Of a stretch of DNA of 64,000 bases, positions 1 through 12,812 are shown in pieces. The notes beneath the pieces were generated by a model that was not told the origin of the DNA, made no database searches, and saw nothing but the letters and a program-made list of their open reading frames with translations. The first letter of the stretch is position 1; every line of letters begins with the position of its first letter. The position numbers and the translations under genes are program-made. Origin of the DNA: Utricularia gibba (lineage: Eukaryota > Plantae > Magnoliophyta); contig NEEC01000002.1 of the NCBI GenBank assembly GCA_002189035.1, positions 1,984,001-2,048,000 on the forward strand. The letters run 5' to 3'.

Positions 1-426
1 GAATCTTCCATTAAAATATAAGGTTTCTAAGGTGGTTTAAACGCCAAAGCATCACAAATTACAATTTTACATGACCTAAGGAATCAAGCAAAACTGATAA
101 CCACCACTTCATCAGATAATCGGTTCATAGAATCTCGCAATGGACTTTTTATAAAATAATACTTACTTTTTTATTGAAAAAGGGGTGCATAATTTAAACA
201 TGATGAAAGCGAAATCTGCACCGGGCATGACCAAGACATGGAAAGACTACAGGCTACTAAAAAAACAAAATTTAGGTTACAAATTAAACCATGGCTAAGG
301 AAGACGCCAGCAGACGCAAAACGTAACTTTAATAACCTTAAAACCTAGCGCGAAATTCATATTTTTAAACATTTCCTCTCACTCTGGACACAAAAATCGA
401 AGGCTGGACAAAGATGGGGTATGCAC

Positions 427-829
427 CTTGATCTTCTGCTGTTCAGGGGCAGAACTTGCGTAGTTCCTCGAAAACTGAAAAACAAATCGCAACAATTATA
501 GCAATAAATTCCCATAAGACCATGAAAAACCGAAACGTCCACACGAGAACTCAGCTTGAAACCACAAATTGGAAGAAGAAAAAACCTCCAATTACTCATA
601 TATTTGAGGGCTTAACCCCGTCATGGGATACAGAGAAAACCAAAGCCATATGAAAAAGAAAAATAATAAATAAAGGAATACGCCACAGTTGTACCCCGCT
701 GGAGATCGGAGATCCGACCAAGGTTCTCCGACCAAAAGACGTCTCAGCATTGGGCATATTTGCCGCAGCGGCGGCCACCGCCTTGCGCAGCACTGGGAAA
801 CCAGACCTCAAACGCGCTGCGATCGCCAT
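427..829 (-). CDS. OSCP: Mitochondrial ATP synthase subunit O (OSCP/delta), 5' part; exons 695-829 and 427-474, remainder lies beyond the left edge
   Basis: The spliced reading MAIAARLRSGFPVLRKA...SPISSG|FSRNYASSAPEQQKIK| has GT-AG borders in phase 0. It resembles the plant OSCP transit peptide and mature N-terminus (RNYA...EQKIKV). Confidence 0.8.
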
Positions 830-1570
830 TTTCAGATTCGCAGAAACCCCAATCTCTCTATCGGAGCTTTTATTTCCAAATTTTCGATACCCCAAAAGCG
901 TTACTCTATAAACGCTGCTTCGTACTAACACCTAAATTAAAAAAAAAAAATCACTCAATTTATCGTTGAAATGGGACTCAAAAATTATTTTAAAATGGAA
1001 TTCAATCCTTTTGGATTGAACTGTTCAACTTAAGTTATTATTATAAAATAAAAATAATAATTTATATTTATATTTGTAAATTTCAAAAAAAATTATTTTT
1101 TATAAAAACTATTAAATAGAATCCAAAAAATCATACATTTAAATTAAACGGAATGCAAGATTTCTTGCGAATGGCAACTGGCAATAACCTTATTCGATAA
1201 TTGGTCGATTTATTTCAGGGAAAAATTTTGCGAAACTGAAACCCAATGGAATAACCAGCAACTTCCATTTACGCCATGCCGAGCCTACTGGTCATCTTCT
1301 CAGCAGAAGATGCAAACTTTCTGAAGTTCCAATGCAATAAGACTACACCAACACGAACCTCTCCCCTCCTTTCAGAGCAAATGCCTCTGAAAGGCGGGGC
1401 CGAACTGGGATCAGTTTTTGGTTCTGTGGCGCAAGGAGTGAAAAAAAGATCCAACTTGGCTAAGGAGGTTACGCGAACAATCATTTCTGCGGTGGATTGC
1501 GGTGGCCATTTTGGGATTGATTGAAAGGAAGCAATGGAACCATCTTCTTTGGCTGAATCTCCCACCACCC

Positions 1571-2322
1571 TCACGCCCCATCTGGCTGGATGAAAGGATT
1601 TGCGATCTCATCCGTCCCATCTGTTGGGGAGACGAGCATCACGGCCGTCCCTCGGCAGACCTGGAGAAGGATGGGTCAGTGTCATAGCACCAAGAAAAGC
1701 TTAGGCTTCTGCATATAATGAAATGTGCGAAGGAAATGCATACTATTAGACCAAGGCGGCGAGTCACATCAGTAGTTTTTAGTGGGTCTTCAGGGTCTGC
1801 AAAGTGCAAACAGCCATCCCATGTATGAGAATTGGACGTACAAGAACAGATTAGAGGAAATGCACCCACCCTTTAAAGACCACGGCGAAGAAAAGATTAC
1901 CGAAAGTGATCAGGAATAAGACCATCTACTGAATCACAAATCACAATCTGTTCTTATACAACACAGACTCAGGACTAACCTCTGAGAAATTCTATGGCTT
2001 CGTCCAGTACAAGGTTCAGCAGTTGGTCATACCCTTGAGCGTCCCGGTAACTGAAAGAAAGTACCAAGTGTTCAGCTGAACCTTAAATCAAAAACATGAC
2101 GAAGAAAAGTTCACGGATTCGCTGACCTTGCCTTCCGCCAGTCAGCTTTACCTGCACACCCTTGTCCACGAATTTCGCTAGATCAAGAACTGTTTCCTTT
2201 CTGCCCGACTGAAAAAAATTCAGAAGTAAATCGTGGCACTTTCCAACCAAAAAACACGGAATCGCAGCACCAAAAAGAATACAAACCGAAATTCAACACC
2301 AAAAAAGGATGAGGATTACCAT
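1571..2322 (-). CDS. LSM7: Sm-like protein LSM7; exons 2320-2322, 2127-2208, 1980-2050, 1744-1796, 1571-1660; apparent 1-bp deletion at 2032-2034
   Basis: The exons give M|SGRKETVLDLAKFVDKGVQVKLTGGRQ|VTGTLKG-YDQLLNLVLDEAIEFLR|DPEDPLKTTDVTRRLGLI|VCRGTAVMLVSPTDGTDEIANPFIQPDGA*, the typical plant LSM7. They sum to 299 nt, one short of an intact frame. Confidence 0.93.
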
Positions 2323-2395
2323 TCTTTTCTTTATGTCGTCGAGCCGCACCACAATTGGGGAAAATTGGTAACCGGGAAAAACAAGTTCGTGCCCT

Positions 2396-2506
2396 AAACC
2401 CTAATTCGCCTTCAGCTTTTCGTTCCCGCCTCCGCCTGCATAGATAATTTGGGCCGTGTAGCAACAACAGTGCTCTCGGGCGGCGTCTTGGGTCTGTAGA
2501 GGCCCA
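2396..2506. promoter_or_regulatory. Telo-box (AAACCCTAA, 2396-2404) plus site II motifs (TGGGCC 2450-2455, GGCCCA 2501-2506) upstream of LSM7
   Basis: The motifs were read directly from the sequence. The telo-box/site II combination is typical of plant housekeeping RNA-processing and translation genes. Confidence 0.6.
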
Positions 2507-3229
2507 TTATTTCTCTTTCCTAATATGAAAATATTTCAATAAATCTTCTAAAATCATTCATAACTATTATTGCATATTTTTAATGAAAGTATATAGGTTG
2601 CGTGGTATGATAGTTTAATAAATCACATATTTGAATTATTTATATTTAGATAAACATACTAATTAAAGTATATTTAAAATATTTAACATAATTACTGCTC
2701 AAAATAATATTCGGTATAAATAGAAAAACTCATATCATAATTGAATTTTGATGAATATGGTTATATAGTCTATATAGGACACATTTGATAGATAATTTTA
2801 GAGGATTAAATTCATGGGTTTAGAAATCCAAGATACATTTGATACGTTGATTTCGATAAAATCATGAAATTTTCTTAACCCACATAACACTATTATCTAA
2901 TGATTTATACAAATAAATGTTTGTTTCATAAATTATTCAAACCTAAATCATTTAAATAATATTATTTTTTAAATCTTGCGTGTATTAGAAAACGTATGTA
3001 TTATTGAATTGGTGATTCAGAAACTGAGACCACGGCTAGTTTGCATTTGCTGGAGGTGATGATATAGAACACAAGACATTATTATAGTACTCAGAATGTT
3101 TGGTTTGAATGTCTGAGCGACAGTCCTAACGTGATAACCTAATGCATTGCTGGGGCATGGCTTCGGACAGAGGACTTAAAGCAGCAGCACTCCTCCAGGT
3201 CCAGGCACATGCTATGTATGACCTCCAGG

Positions 3230-3627
3230 TCATTTGGCAATTGCACCTGAAAAGTATGGTAAAAGCTTACGTCTAATATGGAGCACGGGGAGGGGGTTTA
3301 GTATCCTGGCTTACATGGCTCGAAGTTTATGGCGCACTTCTCCGGAAGCTGGATCGCCATGCTCCGATCGACACCGGAGATAGGAGGTCCGTTTATGAGG
3401 ACGCAGAGACAAGACTGGCCAAGAGCTTTGATGGAAGTGCAGCACGCCTGAGATGGAGGAATGGGACTGAATGGAGAGACAGATGCTCTGCATGGAATGA
3501 GCTGAACCAGTGTAGAGAGGAAGGTGGTTCCACATGGGCTGCTCGCAACATGAGTAACAGGAGCAGTGAACAGCAGCACAAGAAGCAGAGGCTGCAACAG
3601 TTTCTTGGAAAGAGGAGTAGGTTCCAT
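3230..3627 (-). CDS. Non-specific lipid transfer protein-like (8-Cys motif, signal peptide); exons 3315-3627 and 3230-3246
   Basis: A hydrophobic N-terminus is followed by the C..C..CC..CLC..C..C pattern. A 68-bp GT-AG intron (3247-3314) gives the C-terminus FEPCAIAK*. Confidence 0.85.
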
Positions 3628-4149
3628 TGATACTTACTAGTGATTCCTCTTTTACCGGTTTTTTCTTTGTGTTGTTGAATCTACAACGACTGTGATTCTG
3701 GCTGTTATAAAGAGGTTGGAAGAAGCACTTTTGGTGCTTGTTTCCTAACTCATTGTCATGCCTGGTTCATGCCCTTCACTTGCAGCGTGTGACTTGGATT
3801 CACAGGTTTTCTAGAACTATTCAAATTCTTACAAAATGTGTAGTGGGAAGCTTAGAAACTATTCCTGGTCTGGATCTGAGTCCTTTGAAGTTAACCTTGA
3901 TCTGCTGTTTCACTCTACAAAGCCAACATCTGCTTCTTACTTGAACAACTCTAGTACATCTGTGAAAAACATATAAATCTATTCCTCTCCATCTGAAGCT
4001 TGCTACTGTACTTCCATCAAGGGTCTTGTTTGTCTGTCTCTCCAAGTATAGTCATGGAGCTGTGCCCTCTCTTGGCTTAAAAAAATCCTCACTTTTTACA
4101 TGCCCTAAGTCAGTTTAATATCTGTATTTATCTCTCACTTCAAGACATC

Positions 4150-4560
4150 AACCATGTGGCTCTGCTCTGAAGCATCATCGCTTCACAGCAGTCAGTTCAT
4201 ATGAGCAATATTCAGTCCTCCCATACAGTTGATGCAGCTTGGAGAGCCCATTCTCAATGCTTGAAGCATAGGCATGTGCAGGGTTCTACTCCGCTGGTGG
4301 GAGCCTAAGCCCAGACCAGAGTGCAACAACTCAACTACTCCCCATTAAAACTCCTGCTAATGTCGGGGCTGGACTTGTTGGCCCACATGTGCTCACAAAG
4401 AAAGCCTTGGACTTGGCTCAGGTTGATGCCGGAGTTACGTCGGCGTAGGGCCTACTGAAATCACATCAGCACCGTGGAGCTGACGGTCGAAAAGAGGGCA
4501 AATAACTTGACTGGCGTCCACGGAGGCTCACCGGAGCGGGAAAGAGAAGAAAGAATTGGC
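4150..4560 (-). mobile_element. Possible degraded LINE RNase H-like fragment
   Basis: Interrupted frames contain weak echoes of plant LINE RNase H motifs (PP..VKL, AGVL, SIENGL, TDCCEAM) among stops and frameshifts. The resemblance is by eye only. Confidence 0.3.
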
Positions 4561-5649
4561 GTCTGCTTCATCACTTCAATCAGTGATCGAATTATGACAG
4601 CAAAACGACAGACAATAAAAAAGGAGCCTGAGCCAGCCTGCTGCCTCGTCAGACTGCGCCACTAATGGCAATAAAGAAATGCAAAAGAACATTAACACCC
4701 GTTGCCGGTATAGGGTTTTAGCGCAGGATAGTGTCTGATATCTGGACCCTACTCAAAAGATCCTGCGTGTTGTGTTGGCCTGTGACTCACCGGACGGCGC
4801 ATGTCATCGTTTGATGGGGTCCCAACTGCACGGCTTCTTCTTCGTTAACACTGTAAAAGACTGATCCCATGGACACCTGATCCCAGTTCAGCAGTAATGC
4901 AGAAGACCGCCACCAACTTTTCTTCTGCAGGACGTTGAGTTAGAACGCAGACGGAAGGATCATCATCGCCCACAGCAGCAGCATTCAGAAGGAATCTCTA
5001 CTGCTCGAGGTTGCGTTCATTGAAACGGAGTGTCGTCCTCACCCTAATCCAGCAGTCCATCATTGACCTAATCGAAACACTGATGTAGCCCATTCCACTA
5101 ACCGATCATCGCCCAAATGCATCAAACATTCATAGTGGAAAAGTTATTTATAAAAGTGATCATTAATATTTTATCCATCATACACAAAACACAAATTTTT
5201 ACATGAGGATTTGATGCTAACTAATAATATTATACAAAATAAGGATGAATCATTACATTTAATATCAGAATCAAACTCGGATTTGTAATCAATTATGGCG
5301 CAAACCTTAATGAAAACATAATATACTTAAGCGAATCTCATATTAGTTACGAACAAAAAATAGTTTCAATTTACATTAATATTGTATGATGTCTCTAAGT
5401 TTTTCTTATACACTCAAAAAAGAGTTCCAATTTTTTGTAATACATCCAATTTTTGTCTGATCCAGTTGACCATCCCAGGATTTTTTTCATTAATAATTTT
5501 ACATTAAACTTTTTTATTTTTTATTTATCAAAATAATAATATAAATTTACAGTTTTTTTTGAATGATATCATTTGACACCATTCATGAACTTCATCACTC
5601 AGCATGAACGTGTCTAAAGGGGTGATTTAGAAAAAATGACTATTTTATA

Positions 5650-5669
5650 ATATATATATATATATATAT
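5650..5669. repeat. (TA)n microsatellite
   Basis: About 10 TA units read directly. Confidence 0.9.
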
Positions 5670-6894
5670 GTGATAAAAATATTAAATGTAAATATAGAAT
5701 TTATTTAAATCGTATGATATTTATTCAATTCCAAATAATCCAAAGTTATGAATATTAATAAAAAAATAAGTTTTTTAGGATAAGAACAATGTACGTAATT
5801 ATTTATAATAATTATGACATTAATTATTTTATTAATCATTTTAATGTAATGTGGTGTAATAAAAAAATAATTAATTTTATTTATTTAATTAAAAGCACGT
5901 GGGGTCGGGTGTCATGTGCCCCCGGCCGCCCGCATCCTGCCCAACGATTCTCTGCGCCTGCTGCATTAACTGCGTTTTTCACGTTGCATATTATTGCGCA
6001 TTTATCTAAGTAATCGTTAAATAAATTTACTGATAACAAATTGTTAAAGAAATTCAAAACCACACTTCCCCAATTAGATATCCATACCATATTCATATAA
6101 TCCATTCCTAAAATGATATTTTTAATATTTACCAATATAGCAAATGGAATACGAATTGCAAAAAAATAAAAGAAAAAAAATACTAGAATAGTGATATGTT
6201 GTGGTATGAAGGGAAAAAAGGGGAGAGAATACATTCTATAATGTATTTAATCAAATTAAATAATTTATAATTCTATTTTAAAATATTTTCCTTTTTTCAT
6301 AATGGATTCATGTTGTATTGAATCCATGATTTCAATTGCACACCCCCAATTGCCACATTGGCAAGAATATAAATAATATGTGTTATTTTTATTTACCTTA
6401 GACTATCGGTTCTAAACTAGCTTCGAAATGATGTATACAAACCTAAACTTATGATTTGGTTCTCATTAACACTCAGAACTAGCTTTGAAACAATGTGAAC
6501 TAACCTAGGGTTATGGTTTGATTCTTACATAATAATGATGCAGAATGTATGATAATTGTAATATTTCAAAAGAAGACATTATTCAGCACTTCTCCCGCCC
6601 AAAAAATTAATATATAAATAAAAAAAAGGGGAAAGGCGAAGGCAATAGGATTAAGGGAGTGTAATGTGAGGTTGAGTTATTGATTGAGGATAACGGTTAC
6701 TTTATGCTTAGCGAGGGAGGAAAAATCATTGAGTGGGGCTCCTCTCCTCGTCTTCTCGCTTTCCTTGTTTTTCTTTTCGGCTGTTTCGGGTGCTTCCATG
6801 GCTTTCGCTTCGATCTGCAGAGGAAACTCGGGGTAGGGGTTTTAATGCTTGGAAAGAAGACTGAATAGTATTATAGTTTTGGTGGTGTGAATGT

Positions 6895-7539
6895 ATGGCT
6901 GATTCCCAGTCCCAGTCTCATTTGGAGAGGGAGGGGGAGGCGGAGGAGGGGACATCTGCTGGTGGGGTTGGGAGGAGGTCGCGGGGACGGCCGCCGGGGT
7001 CGAAGAACAAACCCAAGGCGCCGGTGATCATAACGCGGGAAAGTGGGAACACGCTCCGGGCACATATCCTGGAGGTGGGTAGCGGATATGACGTGTACGA
7101 GGCGGTTGCGTCCTACGCGAGGACGCGGCAGAGGGGGATCTGTGTGCTCAGCGCCACCGGAAAGGTGAACAACGTGACGCTGAGGCAAATGGGGAGCGTG
7201 GTGGCGGTGCAGGGCCAGTTTGAAATACTTTCGCTTTCTGGCTCATTTCTTCCTCCTCCAGCTCCCCCGGCGGCCACCAACCTGACCGTCTATTTGGCGG
7301 CCGGTCAGGGACAGGTTGTCGCCGGAAATGTGGAGGGTGCGTTGATAGCGTCTGACCCCGTGATCATGATCGTAGCTTCCTTCACCAACGTCGCGTACGA
7401 GAGGCTGCCCCTGGAATTAGTCGACCCTCAACAGCAACAGCAGCAGCAGATGCACCAGCCCTTCTCCGATCCCTTCTTCAACACGGAGGAGCCTGCAGAT
7501 TTGGATCCCGGCGGCGTCTACCGGCCGCCGCAATTCTAG
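6895..7539 (+). CDS. AHL: AT-hook motif nuclear-localized protein, clade A (intronless, one AT-hook plus PPC domain)
   Basis: 214-aa ORF with the [14 protein letters not shown]-hook, the PPC domain motif [16 protein letters not shown], a poly-Q stretch and an RPPQF C-terminus. Confidence 0.95.
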   Translation: MADSQSQSHLEREGEAEEGTSAGGVGRRSRGRPPGSKNKPKAPVIITRESGNTLRAHILEVGSGYDVYEAVASYARTRQRGICVLSATGKVNNVTLRQMGSVVAVQGQFEILSLSGSFLPPPAPPAATNLTVYLAAGQGQVVAGNVEGALIASDPVIMIVASFTNVAYERLPLELVDPQQQQQQQMHQPFSDPFFNTEEPADLDPGGVYRPPQF

Positions 7540-8869
7540 TTTTCCTTCAGCAGTTAACAATCACCAAGACACCCAACTCGCTTCCCTCTAATTCCCTTTC
7601 ACCTTTTAGTTAACTGATTTTGTACCCCTGTTGTGTTCACAAGTTTCTCATCATCTGATCCCTGTGAAAATCGTTCCTCATTTTTTTCCCAGTTGTTTTC
7701 TTGCATTACCACCACTCGGATCCCTAAAAATGCACCCAATTCCAAACCCGAACCGACACACTATCCTTTCCGTACAAAACCCCATCCAATTCCAATTTCA
7801 CTAATCAAGACATATATATATTTGCTAATTTATGTATTATAATAAAAATTAACGACTATGTTTTGTAAGGGATTAAATGGAAAATATTAATACTTATATA
7901 AAAAATATTCATATTTACTAAATAGGATAAGATTTTTAAATAATTTAAATCATATTCTTACTATTTTACTTATACTACTAATAATTTTTTAAAACATATT
8001 ATTATCCTTTTTATATATTCCTATTAAAATATTGTTTAATAATATTGAAATACGACACCTAAATATCATTTAAGGATTATGAGTGCGAGTGAGGCTGGTC
8101 AGATGGCCCCACTCCAAATCATTTCCTTTGCATATACGACACATAAATATTATTATTTTTTCTTTTTTTAAAAAAAGGTGGGCGGGAAATAAATAATAAT
8201 TGGTATTTTGTGAAATAAAATAAAATGGAATAATTTTGCACCACGAGGAGTGGGCCCCCCGAGCTTTACACCATCAATTTTGATTCCTAACTCTCTTTTG
8301 AGGGCAACTTTTAGAAAAAGAAAAGCATCTTTAAACACCTAATTTTTTATGTTTCTAATTCTAATAAAAAAAAGCAGCCCCAAAAAGAGGAGGAATATTT
8401 GATGTCATTTGCGTCATTCCCATTAAAGTTAATAAGCAGAATCCATCCCCCTTTTTCCAAAGTAATTTGCTAGTTATTTATGAGGTACTAATGACGGATG
8501 GTCTAGTTATTTTGAGAGTATAGTATAATTAATAATATAATTTAATTATTTATATTTAAATAAACATGTATTATATAGTTAAAATTCAAATTTGTTTGGT
8601 ACATAGATTTTGAGTATATGTGTTTAAAATAATGTTATGTTTGATAAATATATTCAAAATAAATACTTTACAAATTGAATACTTTAGCAACATATACATA
8701 AAAGATAAATTTGGAGTGATTTATGGTAGTTTTATAAAATACTTGTATATTGTTAATTAATATACTAAATATACATTATTATTAATATGTGAATGTTACA
8801 AAACATTCTCTAAATGATTTAAAAAATTGTATACAGTAAATATCATTTAAATTTTATGGTTATAATTAA

Positions 8870-8873
<4 letters not shown>

Positions 8874-8903
<30 letters not shown>
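8874..8903. repeat. (TA)n microsatellite
   Basis: About 15 TA units read directly. Confidence 0.9.
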
Positions 8904-8906
<3 letters not shown>

Positions 8907-11807
8907 ATCAATATTTGGAAAATAGAGACGGGATGCCCTGTACCCTATTTATAGAAGACATTCATTCATTCATTCCTATGATGGGCTAATAACATACACC
9001 TATAGTCTTCTTTAGAGATTGTAGGGAGGAATGATTGGATGATTATAGAGAGGAGGCAGCCTCCTTTTAATGTTACTCATTATGGTGTGTTTCATGATCT
9101 CAATTCTTGCTACAATCATGCACCCACATTATATGGAGTGTATGATCTATGCGGTTGGTTGGTAGGTTGGTGTAACTTTGCTCTGGTATTTTTAGAAAGT
9201 ATATGTCTAAATAGATGAACTATTTTATATGAGCTATGAACGGAAAAGAGTATGTATTTAAAAAAAGTAGCATAAAATTGTTTTAATAACCTTGAGATTT
9301 ATACAAGTTTTGAAAAAATGTAATATAAAATTGTGAGAATTGAATGAATTAAGTTAGTATTATCGTACGAAAGAAATTTGACTTATTACTTCTAAAATCT
9401 TTTCTTTATATTTATGTAAGTGATGTTTAGTTGAAGTCAAAAGTGTGAAAAGCTTAGTTTTATTAAGAATATATATGGATTTAGTTGAAGAGAAAAATTT
9501 CTATCCATCTTTTCGTTTAGTAAATTTTTTTTTTTATGAAATACATATTTCTACTCACCCAAATCTAACCAAACTCATGAAATATATTTTATAGAATACC
9601 AAAAATTATGTATATAAATAAGATTTATAATTTTAAAAAAGCATAAAATATATTGCAAAAATATGAGAAAAAAAATAATTGAAATTGTAAAGAGAGCAGC
9701 ATGTGCGGGGGTGGATCGGGGCCGCGGTGGCGGGTTCCGCCTCGCGCGCGCGTGGAGTACGGATTCGCAACTAAGTTGGGCCGATTCAATAAGCCTATTG
9801 TAGACAACTTATCCACGATCATATAGTATCTTCATTCAATATCATCTGTGAAAATTGCCATTATATTCACATGATTTGGAGAAGCACATTGATCAAATTT
9901 GAGTAACATACGAAACGAGCCGTAATCAGCTTCTCGGGTAGTTTTGATTTTTCGTCTAATGGTTGGATGGGTTATGAATCTTGATTGTATGTTCTATTGA
10001 ATAACCTATGGTATATGGACATTATGGGTTATGCATTATCGTTATAGTCCTTGCAAATGAGCAGATTCATGCGCCAATGACTAAGCCTAAGCCCAATCCA
10101 GAGATTTCCACATATAATATTGTATGTGATATGATATTTTAATGAATTATTTACTTGAATTATTTGTATGTAAATAAATATATATTACATGATATGTTTG
10201 GTATATATCTAAACTTAATATTTCAGATTCCCATTGGTTAACGAGTAAATATGTGTATAATTATTAAAACGAATAGTCTTATACCGGACATTAGACCGAT
10301 ATGATTTTATATATAAAAAAATATAGATTATTGTTATGTCGATTGGATATAATTTTTTTGAATATAATATACGTTTTATACTTAACTTTATATATGTATT
10401 GGTGTGATCTATCAAATCCTTGATTTCAATAATGATCTCACTTAAAAGTGTCAATGAGTGGCTGGATATGGTTGTGATAAAAGTAGGGCTCGACTACTCA
10501 GAGCAAGTAAACATTTTAAAAAAATTAGATAATAACTCTACTAATAAAATATTGATGTTCGGTCTCGTGCCTCTGCGTGAAGCATCATCTCCATGTCGTC
10601 TGTTACTGCTTTGGAAGTGCCAACGTGCATAAAGAAACAAAGAAGGAAGAGGTGGAATCCTAGCTTGCCCTCTAGTATCAACATGAAGAGCGTAGAGAGT
10701 TAAAGGCTGCAATGAGTATGCGATATGAGTGTTGAATTTGCAAGATTTTTTCAACACCTGCGTAAAGGAGAGACCATTATTGCATTAATGGGATCCCCTA
10801 CTCTATTCCCGCACAAATTAAGAAACTTTTTGAGCACCAGGCTACTGAGGCAGTGGCAATGACTTGAACAGATGACCAGGGTGGTCAGGATCTTGCCAGT
10901 GTGGAGCTGTGAACACACAGCTCCCTCCCACATGTATGTATGCCCCTCTGCTGGAACCTAGTGGCTTGTGAGTGTTTTGGTTGCTTGGTTCCTGTCATTT
11001 CCAGATTGTAATCCACCCTTTATCAGTTTGCAGACAGAATGTTGATTTGTATGAGAATCAATGTTTTTATATAGGTGATATGAAAATTGTGAGAGTAGGA
11101 AGTTTGCTTATGTTGAAAATTATTGTATTAGAAAAGAGGTATGAATTCCATATTACTCGTTAAAGTATTCTTCAATTAATTTATATGAGATATTAATCTA
11201 TTAATTTTGATGAATTTGATAATGAATTGACATCGCATGCGTGTAGAATCTAATTAGATAAATTAGATTGAGTTTTCGAAGGATCCTTAAACTCAAAAGG
11301 TTACGCATGCATTGGAGTGTAAAATCAATCTCAAAAAAATTCTCATGAGTGTGCGGGTCAAGCATGCCCAAGTTTTGCCTTATTTTTGTATCAATACCAT
11401 GAAAATAAAACATATATATTCGATTGATTTCTAATATCAATATCGTGTTATGGAATAATTTTTTGAATAAGTGTCCAGAAATCATTTATCATAATATGTT
11501 ATGTGACTTACACTTTTCATGGTTTCCCGTTTTTGGTATTCTATTTCATCAGGTTGTGCACTCATTTAACTAGGAGTAGGAAGATGGGATGGAGGTAAAG
11601 AAGGTCGGCCGCCTGGCGTGGAATATGATGACTGAATTTGTAGTAGTAGGTGGGGTTGGAGCCAACGTGGGAGGAGGGAGACCCTTGTTTATTTATTGGC
11701 TTTTACATCCTGCTTCTTGCATCTCAAAAGCAAGAAGCTTGATCCTTCTGTGAGGTTCTCTGCAGTTTTTGCAGGTGGGAGATTAGGTTCTAAGTAAAAT
11801 CTGCACA

Positions 11808-12812
11808 ATGTCTCCTGCCGATTCTTCTACAGCTCGTGGGGATAACGTGTACATGGCCAAGGTGGCTGAACAGGCCGAGAGGTTTGATGAAATGGTGGCG
11901 TTCATGGAGAAGGTTGCCAAGGGTGGGGAAGAGATGACTGCAGAAGAAAGGAACCTTCTGTCTGTGGCGTACAAGAACGTGATTGGCGCAAGGCGGGCCT
12001 CCTGGAGGATCATCTCCTCCATCGAGCAGAAGGAGGAGAGCCGCGGAAACGAGACCCATGTCAGGATCCTCAAGGACTACAGGATCAGGATTGAGGTGGA
12101 GCTCGGCAAGATCTGTGATGACATTTTGAGTCTTCTGGAGACGGAGCTCATCCCTCGCGCCTCCTCTGGTGAGTCCAAGGTCTTCTTCCTCAAGATGAAA
12201 GGCGACTATCACAGATACCTCGCGGAGTTCAAGTCCGGCGCTGAGAGGAATGAAGCCGCCGAGAGCACCCTTGCTTCTTACAAGTCTGCACAGGTAACAC
12301 CATCGTCCATTTATCACTCAATTTCACTTCTGAACTGCTTTTTTCAAGCAACAGAATTTTCTTGCAGGACATTGCGGAGGTTGAGCTGCCACCTACTCAT
12401 CCCATCAGGCTTGGACTTGCCCTTAACTTCTCTGTGTTCTACTACGAAATCCTCGACTCCCCAGATCGCGCTTGCAGCCTCGCGAAAACGGTCTGTTTAC
12501 TGATTAGATGCAGAGGAATTGATTGGTAAAGAGAGTGAGATGCTCCTGTTCTTCTCTGTTAGGCTTTCGACGGAGCCATTTCGGAGCTTGATAGCTTGGG
12601 CGAGGAAACCTACAAAGACAGCACATTGATCATGCAGCTCCTCCGTGACAACCTGACTCTCTGGACTTCCGACACGGCGGTGAGTATTTTAATTTCACTT
12701 TTGACAACTCCGGTGATCTTCACCACCGCCTATCGTTTTCCAGGACGACGCCGGCGAGGAGGAGATCAAGGAGGTGCCTACCAAAAGGGAATCCGTCCAG
12801 GGGACCAAGTGA
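11808..12812 (+). CDS. 14-3-3 protein, non-epsilon type; exons 11808-12293, 12368-12490, 12563-12679, 12744-12812
   Basis: Contains [51 protein letters not shown] and [21 protein letters not shown], with three GT-AG introns in frame. Confidence 0.96.

Noticed and set aside
8925-9190. CTATTTATAG and other LTR-like sequence
   Set aside because: No TG...CA termini, PBS/PPT, target-site duplication or second copy could be found.
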